A DNA stretch of 42,204 bases from Candidatus Wildermuthbacteria bacterium RIFCSPHIGHO2_02_FULL_45_25 (GCA_001823215.1 MHTV01000001.1:1-42204); one strand, 5' to 3'. Positions 27,357-37,566 are shown, counted from the stretch's first letter. The notes: generated by a model from the letters alone, not told the origin. A program made the numbers and translations.

Positions 27357-27998
27357 TTATTTAGATTTCCGTCCGGTAAATTTCTCCTCCAAAACTTTTA
27401 CGGCCTCGCGCGGCATAAGGATATAATGCGCATTCAATAAATCCAGCGCACTCAAATCGGCCGCCTGCATTGTTCGGGCATTTTCAATATTTCTTCCTGC
27501 AAGAATCAAGTTTCTGTTCATATCCGCAAGCGCGATCAGCATACTCTTTTTTTCTATGGGAAGTTTTGCTAACATGCGGGAAAATTCCTTTGTCTTTGGT
27601 TTTTCCATCTTGAGTTCTTCGATTACAATCACAGAATTTTTCCGAGCTTTTTCTGAAAGCACCATTAGCAAAGCTTTCCTGCGCATGAGCGTACTGATTT
27701 TCTTCTTAAAATTCTTTTCCTTTGTAGGACCGGTCGAAATTCCTCCACCAATCCAAATGGGAGAACGGATTGATCCATGCCGCGCGTTTCCTGTATGTTT
27801 CTGCGCCCACGGCTTTTTACCTCCGCCGGATACTTCCCCTCTCCCCTTTGTATTTGCGGATACCTGTCTGCGATTCGACATCTGCATCACTGCAACTTGA
27901 TGCACCAAATCCGAATTTAATTTCACATCAAAAACAGAAGCTGGCAAATCCATCTTTCCCACCTCTTTTCCTTCTTGATTGTACACAGTAGCTTGCAT
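27357..27998 (-). CDS. rplD: 50S ribosomal protein L4
   Basis: RGEVSGGGKKPWAQKHTGNARHGSIRSP. Confidence 0.97.
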   Translation of the reverse strand: MQATVYNQEGKEVGKMDLPASVFDVKLNSDLVHQVAVMQMSNRRQVSANTKGRGEVSGGGKKPWAQKHTGNARHGSIRSPIWIGGGISTGPTKEKNFKKKISTLMRRKALLMVLSEKARKNSVIVIEELKMEKPKTKEFSRMLAKLPIEKKSMLIALADMNRNLILAGRNIENARTMQAADLSALDLLNAHYILMPREAVKVLEEKFTGRKSK

Positions 27999-28018
27999 AA
28001 ATCGTAATATCCAATGGT

Positions 28019-28609
28019 TTATCCGCGGATTTCCAACAGCGTCCCCTTACGCCCCGGGACTGCTCCCCGAATGGCAAGGATATGATTTTCTTGGTCAATT
28101 TTTGCAATTTGCAAATTCTTCACACTAATACGATCGGTGCCCATACGACCTGGCATTCTTCGTCCCTTAATCACGTGCTGGGGAAATCTGCTTCCCGTTG
28201 AACCGATTGTCCGTTCTTCATGCTTTACCCCATGGGTCGCATTTCTGCCGGAAAATCCGTGGCGCTTCACACCTCCCTGAAATCCTTTCCCTTTCGAAAT
28301 CCCAGAAACTTTTACTGTATCTCCTTCCGAGAAAATCGTAACATCCACCATATTGCCTAATGCAAGATCTTCTGCGCCCTCCCGAAATTCTTTGATATGG
28401 CGCATTTCTTTTCCTTTCTGGCTTTTTCCGATCAGATGTTTCTTTGTAATTTCTTCAAACCCAAGCTGAACAGCCGAATATCCGTCTTTTTCTTTTGTCT
28501 TGATCTGTAGCACTTTGCAAGGGCCAGCTTGCACCAAAGTTACTGGCACCACGCTCCCCTCTCGGTAAATTTGCGTCATTCCTATTTTTTTCCCTAGAAT
28601 TGCTTTCAT
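28019..28609 (-). CDS. rplC: 50S ribosomal protein L3
   Basis: GKKIGMTQ, DGYSAVQLG, KGKGFQGGVKRH. Confidence 0.97.
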   Translation of the reverse strand: MKAILGKKIGMTQIYREGSVVPVTLVQAGPCKVLQIKTKEKDGYSAVQLGFEEITKKHLIGKSQKGKEMRHIKEFREGAEDLALGNMVDVTIFSEGDTVKVSGISKGKGFQGGVKRHGFSGRNATHGVKHEERTIGSTGSRFPQHVIKGRRMPGRMGTDRISVKNLQIAKIDQENHILAIRGAVPGRKGTLLEIRG

Positions 28610-28785
28610 GAATCAATAAATCTTCACAGTTTTCTATACAAAAACCCCTGCTAACCCAGGGGCATCCAAATCCTCGTTTTCAGGTTAGTCTATACCTTAC
28701 ATTGTCGAAGCAGACAATGACTTTTTCGCATCGCAAAAGATATAATACTCTTATTCTCAATTGTCAAAATAAACAGCTAACATTC
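28610..28785 (-). promoter_or_regulatory. Putative promoter and structured leader/attenuator upstream of rplC
   Basis: TTGACA box, two short hairpins, then a CCCCTG/CAGGGG stem followed by a T5 run on the minus strand. Confidence 0.45.
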
Positions 28786-29142
28786 CTACATCTTCATTTC
28801 AATATCCACTCCCGCCGGCAGATTCAAGCTTGTTAATGCTTCGATGCTTTTAGGAGTCGGATTCACGATATCAATCAAGCGTTTATGCGTACGCATCTCA
28901 AACTGCTCTCTGGCATCCTTATGCACAAAGGATGATCTATTCACCGTATATTTTCGGATTTCAGTCGGAAGCGGCACAGGCCCGATCACTTCTCCTCCCT
29001 GCCGGATTACGGTATCAATAATTTGACGACAGCTTGTGTCAATCACCTTATGATCATACGCGCTAATTTTAATACGCAACCTTGCCTGCGTATTTGCGGC
29101 TTTCGATGCTCCTGTTGTTGTGCTTGCGGTTTTAGCTGGCAT
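28786..29142 (-). CDS. rpsJ: 30S ribosomal protein S10
   Basis: [27 protein letters not shown]. Confidence 0.97.
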   Translation of the reverse strand: MPAKTASTTTGASKAANTQARLRIKISAYDHKVIDTSCRQIIDTVIRQGGEVIGPVPLPTEIRKYTVNRSSFVHKDAREQFEMRTHKRLIDIVNPTPKSIEALTSLNLPAGVDIEMKM

Positions 29143-29196
29143 ATACATCCACAATGAAGAGCGAAAGGCGGTGAAGCCCGTCGCTCTTCAAAATTT

Positions 29197-30390
29197 CTAA
29201 GCAATTATCTTGGTGACAACTCCTGCTCCAACTGTTTTTCCACCTTCACGGATGGCAAATCTCTGCTGATCCTCCATGGCAATCGGAACCAAAAGTTTTA
29301 CTTTCAAATTCACGGTATCTCCTGGCATTACCATTTCTGCGCCTTCCGGCAATTCAACCTCACCGGTTACATCAGTGGTTCGGAAATAGAATTGGGGTTT
29401 ATATCCCTTAAAGAAAGGCGTATGACGTCCTCCTTCTTCTTTAGACAAGATATACACTTCAGTTTCAAAGTCGGTATGTGGCGTTACCGATCCCGGTTTT
29501 ACCAAAACCTGTCCACGTTCCACATCTTCTTTTTTCAATCCGCGAAGCAAAATTCCAACGTTGTCGCCGGCACGGCCTTCATCGAGAAATTTTTTGAACA
29601 TTTCCACGCTTACCGCAACTGTCTTAGCAGTTGGCTTAATTCCCACCATTTCCACTTCATCGTTCGGCTTGATTACGCCGCGTTCAATACGTCCGGTTGC
29701 TACGGTACCGCGTCCTTCGATGGAGAACACGTCTTCGATTGCCATCAAGAACGGCTTATCGGTCTCGCGAACGGGTTCTGCAATATTGGTATCCACCGCG
29801 TTCATTAAATCAAGAATTGGCTTTACAGCTTCGTCGTCAACAGATTTCGCTTCTAATGCCTTCAACGCAGAACCTCGAATAACCGGTACGGTATCTCCAG
29901 CATAGTTATATTTGGTGAGAAGTTCCCGAACTTCGGATTCTACCAAATCAATAATTTCAGGATCGTCCACCATATCGCATTTGTTCAAGAAAACAACGAT
30001 ATATGGAAGGCCCACCTGACGCGCTAAAAGAATATGCTCTCTCGTTTGAGGCATGGGCCCGTCTGGAGCAGATACCACAAGAATGGCGCCATCCATTTGA
30101 GCAGCTCCCGTAATCATGTTTTTGATGTAGTCGGCATGCCCGGGAGCATCAATATGCGCGTAGTGCCGTTTCTCTGTTTCGTATTCCAAGTGAGAAAGAG
30201 AAATAGTGATTCCTCTCTGCTTCTCTTCTGGAGCAGAGTCAATCTGATCCACGCTTTTTTCGCTTACCTTCATTCCCTTCAATTTCAACACATGAAGAAT
30301 AGCCGCGGAAAGAGTGGTTTTCCCGTGGTCTACATGACCAATTGTTCCGACGTTGACATGAGGCTTGGAGCGCTCAAATTTTTCTGCCAT
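29197..30390 (-). CDS. tuf: Elongation factor Tu
   Basis: [28 protein letters not shown]. Confidence 0.99.
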   Translation of the reverse strand: MAEKFERSKPHVNVGTIGHVDHGKTTLSAAILHVLKLKGMKVSEKSVDQIDSAPEEKQRGITISLSHLEYETEKRHYAHIDAPGHADYIKNMITGAAQMDGAILVVSAPDGPMPQTREHILLARQVGLPYIVVFLNKCDMVDDPEIIDLVESEVRELLTKYNYAGDTVPVIRGSALKALEAKSVDDEAVKPILDLMNAVDTNIAEPVRETDKPFLMAIEDVFSIEGRGTVATGRIERGVIKPNDEVEMVGIKPTAKTVAVSVEMFKKFLDEGRAGDNVGILLRGLKKEDVERGQVLVKPGSVTPHTDFETEVYILSKEEGGRHTPFFKGYKPQFYFRTTDVTGEVELPEGAEMVMPGDTVNLKVKLLVPIAMEDQQRFAIREGGKTVGAGVVTKIIA

Positions 30391-30498
30391 AGTGTTCGTC
30401 TTATGATTTATAATTTGTTACACAATAAATTATGGGAAAAATAAACTCTCAAATTCACACAAATGTATTATACGCTTCGCTGAAAAAAAGTCAACTTT

Positions 30499-30762
30499 CT
30501 ACACCGGCAAGTCGTCAATCGTCAGATCTTCTTCCCTCCCTCCACGCTGGCGTTCTGGCAAAGCCCCAACGGGACGATCTCCCACAGACCGGTTATATAG
30601 AGGAGAAGACTCTTCCTTACGCGGCATACGCGCTTCCTGTTTGATCGGAGTCTTCTGATACTCATCAAAAGACATTACAATCAAAGTCGGTTTTTCCTGT
30701 TCTACAATCACAATCTTTCCGCCCTCCCTATCTAAAATTTCTTTGAGTTCGCGAATATTCAT
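30499..30762 (-). CDS. Hypothetical protein with Phd-like N-terminus and acidic DDLPV tail
   Basis: ~88-aa ORF directly after fusA; GGKIVIVEQEKPTLIVMSFDEY. Confidence 0.65.
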   Translation of the reverse strand: MNIRELKEILDREGGKIVIVEQEKPTLIVMSFDEYQKTPIKQEARMPRKEESSPLYNRSVGDRPVGALPERQRGGREEDLTIDDLPV

Positions 30763-30779
30763 ATTCAATCTTTCCTTTA

Positions 30780-32885
30780 CTATTTTGTTCTTCCCGCGAC
30801 AATCTCTTGCGTGATATTCGCAGGCACCGGATCGTATCTGTCGAATTCCATCGTAAATGTTCCTCGGCCCTCTGTCAATGAACGCAAATTCGTTGCATAC
30901 CCAAACATTTGGGCAAGAGGCACTTTTACATGAATGACTTTCATTTGAATGCGGTCTTCAGTTTCTTCAATCCGTCCGCGGCGGGAAGACAAATCGCCAA
31001 TAACGTCTCCCAAGAAATCCGGAGGGATAACAACTTCCATTTTCATAATGGGTTCGAGCAAAACGATTCCTGATTTTCGCGCACCTTCCTGCAAGGCAGA
31101 AGAAGCCGCAATTTTAAACGCCATTTCAGACGAGTCCACCTCGTGATAAGAACCATCGAATAACGTTACCTCCACATCAACCATGGGATACCCGGCTAAC
31201 ACTCCTTTGGCCATTGCTTCTTTGGTTCCCTTTTCCACGGCGGGAATATATTCTCTCGGAATCGCTCCTCCTTTCACTTCATCTACAAATTTGAAGCCGG
31301 ATCCGCGCTCCAATGGCTTCAAGCGAAGCAACACATGTCCATATTGTCCGCGTCCTCCGGACTGGCGAACATACTTGGATTCCGCCTGGCCATCTTTTGT
31401 AATAGTTTCTTTGTACGCCACTTGCGGCTGACCCACGTTTGCTTCCACGCCAAATTCGCGTTTCATGCGATCCACAATAATATCCAAGTGCAATTCTCCC
31501 ATTCCCGAGATAAGCGTTTCCCCTGTTTCAAAATCACTCGTTACTTTAAATGTGGGATCTTCATCGCAAAGACGCTTGAGGGAAAGGCCCATTTTTTCCT
31601 GGTCTGCTTTGGTTTTAGGTTCAATTCGAATAGAGATAACCGGCTCCGGGAAGGTAATTTGTTCCAAAAGAATCGGATTATTTTCCGCGCATAAGGTATG
31701 CCCGGTGCTTGTTCCTTTCAAGCCGACGGTAGCAGCAATATCCCCTGCGAATAACTCATCCACCTCTTCGCGTTCAGCTGCGTGCATACGCAAGATACGG
31801 CTGATTCGCTCTTTTTCTCCGTTTGTCGCATTCAACACATAAGAACCCTTCTGCAACATCCCTGAATACACGCGAAAATAGGTCAGCGTTCCCACATACG
31901 GGTCAGACGCCACCTTAAACGCAAGCGCGGAAAAAGGATCGCCATCAGATGGCTTGCGAGTCATTACTTCTCCGGTTTTCAGATTTGTCCCCTGAATTGC
32001 TTCCACGTCCACCGGGCTTGGCAAGAAATCCACCACACCATCAAGCATCAATTGAACCCCTTTATTCTTTAACGATGAGCCGCAAAATACCGGCACCAAA
32101 GACCCTTCCAATGAGGCCTTTCGAAGAACTTTTTTATATTCTTCGTTGCTTACGGTCTTTCCTTCCAAATACGCAGTCATGAGTGTTTCATCTTCCGCGG
32201 CGATTTTCTCAATAAGTTTCTCCCGCCATTCTTTTGCCTTTTGTTGAAACTCCGCAGGAATGTCTTCCCTCACGATTGTCTGTCCAAAGTCGCCATCGAA
32301 ACGCACCGCCTTCATATCCAATAAATCAATCACGCCTCTCATCTGCTCTTCCTCGCCGAGAGGAATTTGCAATGCAACGGCATTCGGTGTAAGTTTCTGC
32401 CAGATAGAACCTAAACTTTTTTCAAAGGATGCTCCCAAACGATCAAGCTTATTGATAAAACAAATGCGAGGCACTTTGAATTTATCAGCTTGCCGCCACA
32501 CTGTTTCAGATTGCGGTTCAACTCCGGCAACTCCGTCAAAAAGCACAATCGCGCCATCCAGCACGCGAAGAGAGCGCTGCACTTCTGCCGTAAAGTCAAT
32601 ATGGCCAGGGGTATCAATGAGGTTAAAACGATATTTGTTTTCTGGAGATACGGGAAGATATGTAGGATTCCAGAAACAAGTAGTCGCGGCCGCAGTAATG
32701 GTAATCCCCCTCTCCCGCTCTTGCACCATCCAGTCCATAATCGCGGCTCCCTCATGAACTTCTCCTATTTTATGAGAAATTCCGGTGTAAAATAAAATGC
32801 GCTCGCTTGTCGTGGTTTTGCCAGCGTCAATATGCGCGATAATTCCGATATTTCGGTATTTTTCGATAGGAAAAGCTCGAGCCAT
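30780..32885 (-). CDS. fusA: Elongation factor G
   Basis: [27 protein letters not shown]. Confidence 0.99.
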   Translation of the reverse strand: MARAFPIEKYRNIGIIAHIDAGKTTTSERILFYTGISHKIGEVHEGAAIMDWMVQERERGITITAAATTCFWNPTYLPVSPENKYRFNLIDTPGHIDFTAEVQRSLRVLDGAIVLFDGVAGVEPQSETVWRQADKFKVPRICFINKLDRLGASFEKSLGSIWQKLTPNAVALQIPLGEEEQMRGVIDLLDMKAVRFDGDFGQTIVREDIPAEFQQKAKEWREKLIEKIAAEDETLMTAYLEGKTVSNEEYKKVLRKASLEGSLVPVFCGSSLKNKGVQLMLDGVVDFLPSPVDVEAIQGTNLKTGEVMTRKPSDGDPFSALAFKVASDPYVGTLTYFRVYSGMLQKGSYVLNATNGEKERISRILRMHAAEREEVDELFAGDIAATVGLKGTSTGHTLCAENNPILLEQITFPEPVISIRIEPKTKADQEKMGLSLKRLCDEDPTFKVTSDFETGETLISGMGELHLDIIVDRMKREFGVEANVGQPQVAYKETITKDGQAESKYVRQSGGRGQYGHVLLRLKPLERGSGFKFVDEVKGGAIPREYIPAVEKGTKEAMAKGVLAGYPMVDVEVTLFDGSYHEVDSSEMAFKIAASSALQEGARKSGIVLLEPIMKMEVVIPPDFLGDVIGDLSSRRGRIEETEDRIQMKVIHVKVPLAQMFGYATNLRSLTEGRGTFTMEFDRYDPVPANITQEIVAGRTK

Positions 32886-32974
32886 AAAATAATAGTAATC
32901 TACTCACAACCGGCGAGACATTTCTCTTAGTTCTCTTTAGCTATTCACCCAACCGGATTCGTCTGTATGTGCTC

Positions 32975-33442
32975 TTACCATGCGAAATGAGCAAACGCGC
33001 GGTTCGCTTCTGCCATGCGATGAGTATCTTCTTTCTTTTTAACGGCAGAACCTTCATTTTTATACGCCGCAATTAATTCTTCCGCTAATTTCGCTTGCAT
33101 CGCGCGCCCCTTCTTCGCACGGGCGGCATTCAAAATCCAGCGAGAAGCCAAGCCGATTTTCCGATTTCCCTTTACCTCCACCGGTACTTGATATGTAGCT
33201 CCTCCCACACGCTTGGAACGGACTTCCAGCAAAGGAGCCGCATTTTCGATTGCTTTTTCAAAAACTTCCAAGGGATTTTGCTTTGTTTCTTTTTCGATAA
33301 TTGAAAAAGCGCCGTACACGATTTTTCTTGCTACGGATTTTTTCCCCTTGCGCATCACGTAATTCGTGAATTTCGAAACCAGCTCGCTATTATACAAAGC
33401 GTCTGGATCTACCGGATGCCGTGAAATTTTTCCTCGTGCCAT
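32975..33442 (-). CDS. rpsG: 30S ribosomal protein S7
   Basis: [23 protein letters not shown]. Confidence 0.98.
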   Translation of the reverse strand: MARGKISRHPVDPDALYNSELVSKFTNYVMRKGKKSVARKIVYGAFSIIEKETKQNPLEVFEKAIENAAPLLEVRSKRVGGATYQVPVEVKGNRKIGLASRWILNAARAKKGRAMQAKLAEELIAAYKNEGSAVKKKEDTHRMAEANRAFAHFAW

Positions 33443-33462
33443 AGTGAGCTTTCAATAATTCT

Positions 33463-33876
33463 TTATTTTTTCTCTCGTTTCGTTCCGTACTTCGATCGTT
33501 CCTGTTTTCGTCCTTCCACACCAGAGGCATCAAGGACCCCCCGGACAATATGGTATCTGACGCCAGGTAGGTCTTTGACTCTTCCTCCTCGAATCATCAC
33601 AACCGAGTGCTCTTGAAGTTTATGTCCTACCCCTGGGATATATGCCGTTACTTCCATGCCGTTGCTCAAGCGCACTCTCGCTACTTTCCGCAAAGCAGAG
33701 TTCGGCTTTTTGGGTGTCATAGTAAATACCCGCAAACATACGCCTCTCTTGAAAGGAGCTTCGTAGCGGACAATACGATTTTTTTGCGCGCGAAACCCAA
33801 ATGCTAAAGCAGGAGTTTTATCCTTCTTCTTTACTCGAGTCCGTCCTTTCTTTATAAGTTGTCGAATTGTTGGCAT
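33463..33876 (-). CDS. rpsL: 30S ribosomal protein S12
   Basis: [21 protein letters not shown]. Confidence 0.98.
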   Translation of the reverse strand: MPTIRQLIKKGRTRVKKKDKTPALAFGFRAQKNRIVRYEAPFKRGVCLRVFTMTPKKPNSALRKVARVRLSNGMEVTAYIPGVGHKLQEHSVVMIRGGRVKDLPGVRYHIVRGVLDASGVEGRKQERSKYGTKREKK

Positions 33877-33942
33877 AAGAAAATACTGTAAACTCTATCA
33901 CAACGTATAATCTATCAAATAAAAAAAACAATGTCAACGCTC

Positions 33943-34584
33943 TCATGGCACACCGACAAGAAAGTCCACGAGAGGGCGCTCTATTCCTTTGAAAAAAATA
34001 TCCAGCACAGCGCCATTCAAAACCAAATTCAGAAGGATAAGCCCCATCACCAGGAACATACCATACTGCAGGAGAAATACTTTCATGTGCTCAAGAGATG
34101 TTGGGAGAAACGTAAAAAGGATATGAGAGCCATCAAGCGGCGGCAGAGGAAGAAGATTAAACAGACCTAGCGTCACATTCACCAAAACGATCCAGACAAG
34201 GATTTGGACAAAATTCTCGTTCACCGCATCCAATTGAAGAGCAATCCTGGTAAAAGCGGCAAACACAATCGCAATCGCGAAATTGGAAGCAGGCCCCGCA
34301 ATGCTCACGAGGGCCGAAGCATATTTGCCGCGTAAATTAGAAGGATTCACCGGAACTGGCTTTGCCCACCCAAAGAATCCTCCAGTGGCAAAGAAAAATG
34401 TAAGAGGCACAATAAATGATCCAACTACATCTACATGAGAAATTGGATTCAGAGTAAGTCTTCCAGCATTCCGTGCGGTAGGATCCCCAAGCATATTCGC
34501 CACCAAACCATGAGACACCTCGTGAAGCACAACCGAAGGCAAAAGAAGAATAAGGAGAATAAAAAATTCAAAAAAATCCGGCAT
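33943..34584 (-). CDS. Site-2 protease family (M50) membrane metalloprotease
   Basis: HEVSH, GWAKPVP, AGPASN, FNLLPLPPLDG. Confidence 0.93.
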   Translation of the reverse strand: MPDFFEFFILLILLLPSVVLHEVSHGLVANMLGDPTARNAGRLTLNPISHVDVVGSFIVPLTFFFATGGFFGWAKPVPVNPSNLRGKYASALVSIAGPASNFAIAIVFAAFTRIALQLDAVNENFVQILVWIVLVNVTLGLFNLLPLPPLDGSHILFTFLPTSLEHMKVFLLQYGMFLVMGLILLNLVLNGAVLDIFFKGIERPLVDFLVGVP

Positions 34585-34624
34585 TTGTTTACTATATCAT
34601 GTTTCTCTGAAGAGCTCAAACATA

Positions 34625-34786
34625 CTTTGAATTACGAAACCAGCACATACAAGGTTTGGAGAACATTGGGAGCGCGACTGGCGCGAGCCCCTCACCGTAA
34701 GGTGATAGGGGGAGCACTAGAAATTTTTCAGCAGAAACATATCCGTATTCTCAAAACCTTGTATGTGCTAGTTTCGTAATTCAAAG
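34625..34786 (+). repeat. Palindromic intergenic element, copy B (162 bp)
   Basis: CTTTGAATTACGAAACCAGCACATACAAGG...CCTTGTATGTGCTAGTTTCGTAATTCAAAG. Confidence 0.9.
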
Positions 34787-34847
34787 AAACATAGGTATGA
34801 AGCCATCCGATTTTGACTTTTGCTTTTTATCTGCTACACTGTAACGT

Positions 34848-35036
34848 ATGGCACAAATATGTGAAAAATGTGGAAAAGGAATTACACGCGTATGGCGCCA
34901 CGTAAAATTACGAGGGAAATACAATCCCACGATTAAACGTGTTCAAAAACCTAATCTTCAGCGGATGAAATTAGCCACTGGTGAAAGGATCCATGCCTGC
35001 ACCAAATGCATGAAAGCGGTTGGAAAAGCGAGATAA
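34848..35036 (+). CDS. rpmB: 50S ribosomal protein L28
   Basis: CEKCGK, KRVQKPNLQ, CTKCMK; 62 aa. Confidence 0.88.
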   Translation: MAQICEKCGKGITRVWRHVKLRGKYNPTIKRVQKPNLQRMKLATGERIHACTKCMKAVGKAR

Positions 35037-35088
35037 TCCCTTGCTTCTCCTTGTCTATTGCTGCAAGTTCTTCCAAAGTCTGCAAACA

Positions 35089-35159
35089 CGGGCCATCGTA
35101 TAACGGCAGTACATGCCCTTGGGGTGGGCAAGGCGGCAGTTCAATTCTGCCTGGCCCGA
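35089..35159 (+). tRNA. tRNA-Pro (GGG), CCA not encoded
   Basis: Acceptor stem CGGGCCA/TGGCCCG, anticodon arm TGCCC-TTGGGGT-GGGCA, T arm GGCAG-TTCAATT-CTGCC. Confidence 0.93.
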
Positions 35160-35201
35160 CTATGTATCCTCAAGTGAAATAATTCTCATCGCATTCTTTA
35201 G

Positions 35202-35241
35202 AACAGAAAAACCAGCTTTACCAAAAGCTGGTTTTTCTGTT
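35202..35241. terminator. Bidirectional terminator between tRNA-Pro and the HU gene
   Basis: 18-bp IR AACAGAAAAACCAGCTTT/AAAGCTGGTTTTTCTGTT between convergent genes. Confidence 0.75.
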
Positions 35242-35256
35242 GAAAAGCAACACCGT

Positions 35257-35529
35257 CTATCTTACTGCGTCTTTTAAGGATTTTCCCGGCTTAAATTTGG
35301 GCACTGTCATCGCAGGAATATTGATCTTAGCTCCCGTGCTTGGATTTACTCCCTGCCGTGCCTTGCGATTGGAAACTTGAAACGTGCCAAATCCCGTTAA
35401 TGCTACAGAGTTTCCTTGCTTCAAAGCACCTTCAATGGCGTCTATGAATGCGGCCAATGCATCCCCAGCCGCCTTTTTTGAAATCCCGGCCTTTGAAGAC
35501 ATCGCCTCTAAAAGCTGCTCTTTATTCAT
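35257..35529 (-). CDS. hup: HU family DNA-binding protein
   Basis: MNKEQL, GFGTF, RQGVNPSTG, PKFKPGKSLKDAV. Confidence 0.96.
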   Translation of the reverse strand: MNKEQLLEAMSSKAGISKKAAGDALAAFIDAIEGALKQGNSVALTGFGTFQVSNRKARQGVNPSTGAKINIPAMTVPKFKPGKSLKDAVR

Positions 35530-35672
35530 ATACAAGTATGCTTTCTTTGTTCTTTCTCTTGACCTTTAAACTGCTTTGATAAGCGTGTGGATTTGCGAGA
35601 GTCGCAAGCACGCCGCGCAAGTTCCCTTTTATTATACGCATCCCACTACGCAACGCAAGCTTTTGTATGGTC

Positions 35673-36083
35673 TCATGAGCTTGGAACAATTTTTACGTAT
35701 GATCCGGATACCCAGCCATCTTTTCCTCCGGGAAGTATAATATGATACCAGCCGTTTTTGACTTCCGTAAATTCGTATTGCTCTTTGGGAAGGACTTGAC
35801 CCGTTCGCGATCCCTGCACTGACGGGGCATTGCGCACATTCAAGTACCCTGTTGAGTTGCTCAAGACCTCAATCTTAGGCAAAGCAGATTTCGCAGGACT
35901 TCCCGTGGGTAACGCAAAATTCGTCTGACTGGGGGAAACACCCGGCGAAAGAGCAAGCCCAGTAAGTGAAGAGTTATAAATAATTACTGTTCTTGTCGCT
36001 TGAAAAGCGAAAAAAACGCCTACTGCTCCTGCCAGTGCCAGAAAAACCCACACGAGAATTTTACCGTTCATGCGTTGTTCCAT
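35673..36083 (-). CDS. Membrane-anchored SH3b-domain protein
   Basis: N-terminal hydrophobic helix; LNVRNAPS...NGWYHI...GWVSGSYV. Confidence 0.8.
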   Translation of the reverse strand: MEQRMNGKILVWVFLALAGAVGVFFAFQATRTVIIYNSSLTGLALSPGVSPSQTNFALPTGSPAKSALPKIEVLSNSTGYLNVRNAPSVQGSRTGQVLPKEQYEFTEVKNGWYHIILPGGKDGWVSGSYVKIVPSS

Positions 36084-36154
36084 AAAATTATACAATAATT
36101 GACAAAAGTGAAAGGCGGAGTCAAAATAGAGAAAATTTCATACTTAATTTCATT

Positions 36155-36460
36155 ATGCGTTTTCAAATCTCTCTTGGCAACCAAACACTTTCAAACTTTA
36201 TGCGATCTTGCGGATATGCTCCTGAAGGAACAGACCCTAAAACAGGTGAGCTGAAATTTTATCGTTCAATCAGAGGAAGAGATTACCCCAAATTCCATAT
36301 TTACTGTAAAGAATCAGCTCATCAATCCTCTGCTTCTCTTAACTTGCATCTCGATCAAAAACAACCAACCTACCGAGGATCCTCTGCGCACAGCGGAGAA
36401 TATGACGGGGATATTATTGAACAGGAAGCTGGCCGGATTCAATCTGCCTCGCGCTTATAA
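36155..36460 (+). CDS. Hypothetical protein
   Basis: 101-aa ORF with ATG start and an upstream promoter-like sequence; no family recognised. Confidence 0.7.
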   Translation: MRFQISLGNQTLSNFMRSCGYAPEGTDPKTGELKFYRSIRGRDYPKFHIYCKESAHQSSASLNLHLDQKQPTYRGSSAHSGEYDGDIIEQEAGRIQSASRL

Positions 36461-36502
36461 TTATTATACTCCACTTCTGTAAATTCCAAAACGGACGCGT
36501 TA

Positions 36503-36537
36503 AATAAAAACAGCCCTTCGAAAAGGGCGGTTTTTAT
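36503..36537. terminator. Bidirectional terminator (6S RNA / hypothetical gene)
   Basis: AATAAAAACAGCCCTT-CGAA-AAGGGCGGTTTTTATT. Confidence 0.7.
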
Positions 36538-36668
36538 TGCCCAACAATCCCTTATAAGGATCCCGGAAAGTTCCAGGTGGGTGCCGTAGCTGTTCGCCAC
36601 GGCGAACAGATCATATCCGGCTCCCATTCAAAACGTAATGCGGACCTTATAATGGGATCGTCTGGGCA
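36538..36668 (-). ncRNA. ssrS: 6S RNA (compact, ~130 nt)
   Basis: Rod-like fold with paired ends (GCCCAgACGATCCCaTTATAAGG / CCTTATAAGGGATTGTTGGGC). Carries TGGGAGCC and GGCACCCACCTG motifs as in Firmicutes 6S RNA, a TTGACG-18-TATAAT promoter upstream and a terminator downstream. Confidence 0.75.
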
Positions 36669-36715
36669 AATGTATTATACCGCACAACAACAATGAGCGT
36701 CAAAAAGTTATAAAA

Positions 36716-36877
36716 CTTTGAATTAGGAAACTACTACACACAAGGTTTTGAGAACGTTGGGAGCGCGACTGGCGCGAGCCCCTCACCACGAGGTGGAAGG
36801 GGGAGCACCAGGAATGTTTCAGCAGAAAAATATCCGTGTTCTCCAAACCTTGTGTGTAGTAGTTTCCTAATTCAAAG
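36716..36877 (+). repeat. Palindromic intergenic element, copy C (162 bp)
   Basis: CTTTGAATTAGGAAACTACTACACACAAGG...CCTTGTGTGTAGTAGTTTCCTAATTCAAAG. Confidence 0.9.
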
Positions 36878-36910
36878 TTCGTAATTCACTATCCTAGAAC
36901 ATTGATAGAC

Positions 36911-36947
36911 AAACAAAAGAGGCGCCGCTCTGCAAAGCGGCGCCTCT
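36911..36947 (-). terminator. Intrinsic terminator of ndk
   Basis: 12-bp stem AGAGGCGCCGCT/AGCGGCGCCTCT followed by a T-rich run on the minus strand. Confidence 0.7.
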
Positions 36948-36960
36948 CGATCAAATTCCT

Positions 36961-37566
36961 CTAATCCAAAATTCCGTCTAAATTCACGTCGTAGAAAATC
37001 TTCTCCTGAACAATGTTATATTTGATAAGCTCCTTCTCATCAAACCAATGGGGAATTTCCATTTGAGCTTCTTCTACAGAACCTGACGCATGAATAAGGT
37101 TTCTCACCGCGCGCCTGTCAATATCTGCCATTTGATAAGAATCCAACACATAATCTCCCCTGATTGTGCCGACATCGGAACTTAACGGCTCTGTGCTTCC
37201 GGTAAGCTTGCGAATAATTTGCACCGCATGAGCTCCCTGCCAAACCATGGCAATAACAGGACCTGCGGAAAGATATCTCTTTAAACCGTCTAAAATACGG
37301 GCAGTGATTTCCAAAGGATCCATCGAAGGCGGAGTTAATCCCCTTTTTTGATATCCCGCAATCGTTTTTTCCCCTGTCACTCTGCGCCAGTTTGGGTCTA
37401 ACGTGTAATGCTTTTCAATATGATCCACGGTGGGAACAAGCATTTTCACGCCCACCAGTTTCAAACCGGCTCGCTCATAACGGCCGAGAATCTCCCCTAC
37501 CAGCGACCGCTGAATTCCATCTGGCTTGATCAGCACAAGCGTTCGTTCTTCTTTAAGGTGTGCCAT
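36961..37566 (-). CDS. ndk: Nucleoside diphosphate kinase
   Basis: ERTLVLIKPDG, GTIRGD, NLIHASGS. Confidence 0.94.
   Translation of the reverse strand: MAHLKEERTLVLIKPDGIQRSLVGEILGRYERAGLKLVGVKMLVPTVDHIEKHYTLDPNWRRVTGEKTIAGYQKRGLTPPSMDPLEITARILDGLKRYLSAGPVIAMVWQGAHAVQIIRKLTGSTEPLSSDVGTIRGDYVLDSYQMADIDRRAVRNLIHASGSVEEAQMEIPHWFDEKELIKYNIVQEKIFYDVNLDGILD

Noticed and set aside
34435-34779. ORFs crossing the palindromic elements, and many plus-strand ORFs antisense to ribosomal and cas genes
   Set aside because: These are shadow ORFs with no recognisable motifs, overlapping well-supported genes or repeats.
36538-36668. SRP RNA (ffs)
   Set aside because: It lacks the conserved domain IV CAGG-GNRA-AGCA motif; the motifs fit 6S RNA better.
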